Source of the DNA: Octopus sinensis
Taxonomy: Eukaryota
DNA length: 64,000 nt
NCBI RefSeq assembly: GCF_006345805.1
Contig: NC_043015.1
Coordinates: 14,570,001-14,634,000 of the forward strand
Direction of reading: 5' to 3'
The translations under genes and the position numbers were made by a program. Below are positions 62,223 to 64,000 of the stretch, piece by piece; the stretch's first letter is position 1; each line of letters starts with the position of its first letter. The notes beneath the pieces are model-generated. The model was not told where the DNA came from. It searched no databases and was given only the letters and a program-made list of their open reading frames with translations.

Positions 62223-64000
62223 ATGGAGGAAGAGGAAATGATTGCAGCCAAATTGAAAAAAAAGCTGTCATGGATAGAATAAGTGGAATCCAACAGGAAT
62301 GGAAACAAAATTAGCAAAAAATGAAAGAATTATAAAATTATAAACAAAAGAGGATTTAAAAAAAAAATTGTCCAATTTCACTGAAATTGATTTTTAATTC
62401 TGAGACATCGTGTACAATGGGCCGTCAAAGTCAATGATATAAATGTATGTGTGTATGTCTCCACATAAATTCAAGGTTTGTTGTCACAAACACATTTTTT
62501 ATCATCCATGTTATTCCTCCTAGTTGAACATATTTCCCTGAGACAACCAATTTGTCACATGGGAAATTTCTTTTATCTGCCTTTATTCTACACAAGCTCA
62601 TCCTATTTTGTTACCTATAATCAATATTCATCAGCATGGCAGAAACACTAGTGCACGAGACTAAATGTTGATCCGTATTTTATCTGTTAACATTCTGAGT
62701 TCAAATCCTGCTGGGGTTGGCTTTGTTCTTATATCCTTCTGAGATCAATAAAATAAGTATCAGTCAAGTATTGTAGTTGATTCAACTGATTATACACCCA
62801 CTTCATACAAATTTATGACCTTGTGCCAATTTATGAAATCAATATTTGTTTACAAAAATAGAAAATGAAAATTAATGTTCCTGCTGATCATTTGCCATTT
62901 ACATCTCTCTTTGAATATAATTTAGTATTTCAGACCAAAACTACCAACCTCCGCTACCAGAATCAAACTTTTATATTTCGTGAGTAATGTATGATCTTCA
63001 ATGTACCAGCCACTAAAACGATTTAGACAGTGTAGTATTTTCAAGTTCTCCCCGTTAGTCATAAAACTATTCCAATGTTATGCTAAAACCCATTAACATC
63101 TTCCTAATTCTAGAGTGGTAGGATAAAAAAAAAAAAAGCAGTAGTTTCTAAATGTTTTACAGTATTAAGTTTCATACATACACACGTGTGCACATGGACA
63201 CACGCATGTGCGTACCCCCCCATGCACACACACACATACGCACACACATGCACGTGCGCACCCCCCATGCACACACACACACAGATGTTATAAGTTCCAA
63301 TCCTAATGAAAATCATCTTTCATCTCTCCTAGGCTGATGTATCAAGCATCTACTTAAGTTAGTCAATCATCTATATCCAACTCCCAACAAATTTGAGGTG
63401 GCCTCTTGTTAATGAAAGAAATCAATATCTTCTTAATGCCAACAAAGGATCACACTCCATTCTTTACACATTTTCTTATGCTTATATCTTCAGTATACTT
63501 ATCCACCTAGAAATCATATGATGCTCAGTATCCATAAACAGACAGCCAAATGATTCATCTCTACTGTTTATAAGGAAATAATGTATTTATATGGAAGAAA
63601 AATAATGAAGGCTTTCTTGCAAAGGAAGAATTTTAGAGTTGGTTTTTATATTAATTATTCTAGCAGGTGCTACAGTGAGGTAAGCTTCTAGACAGCTGAT
63701 TTTTCACCCTGTTTCAATTCTTAGTAAAACCCTTCTTTTTTTACTTCTTTGGTTTTTATTCTGAGCCCCATGAGTGGAGGTGTGTGGCTTAGTGTTTTGA
63801 GTATGACCATGAGGTCAATTCCCAGTGGCAAATTGTGTTCTGGAGCAAGACACTTTATTCACATTGCTGCAGTCCACTCAGCTGACAAAACTGAGTGGTA
63901 CCTGAAATTCAAAGGGTCAGCCTAGTCACATTCTGTATCATGTTGAATCTCCCTGAGAACTACATCAAGTGAATGCATGTTTGTGGAGTACTCAGCCACT

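Overview
AT-rich, microsatellite- and transposon-dense eukaryotic DNA, most likely a coleoid cephalopod (Octopus-like, inferred from the tRNA-derived SINE families). One protein-coding gene is well supported: a minus-strand ankyrin-repeat/SOCS-box (ASB-like) gene with three firm coding exons (17132-16729, 8234-7926, 5041-4551) and a probable first coding exon at 25149-25142, about 403 aa. The rest is mostly decayed or non-autonomous mobile DNA: Tc1/mariner, hAT, piggyBac-like and CAC..GTG fold-back elements, Helitrons, Penelope-like elements, RTE/CR1/RLE LINEs and several SINE families. Notable items are four hammerhead-ribozyme motifs (one canonical at a Penelope 3' end, one core variant inside a 317-bp inverted-repeat element, two degenerate), a ~2-kb inverted duplication bounded by Helitron 3' termini, Helitron families sharing one 3' terminator, and several fold-back hairpins. 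No rRNA, true tRNA or CRISPR array was found. Repeat boundaries were read by eye and are approximate unless TIRs or TSDs are quoted.
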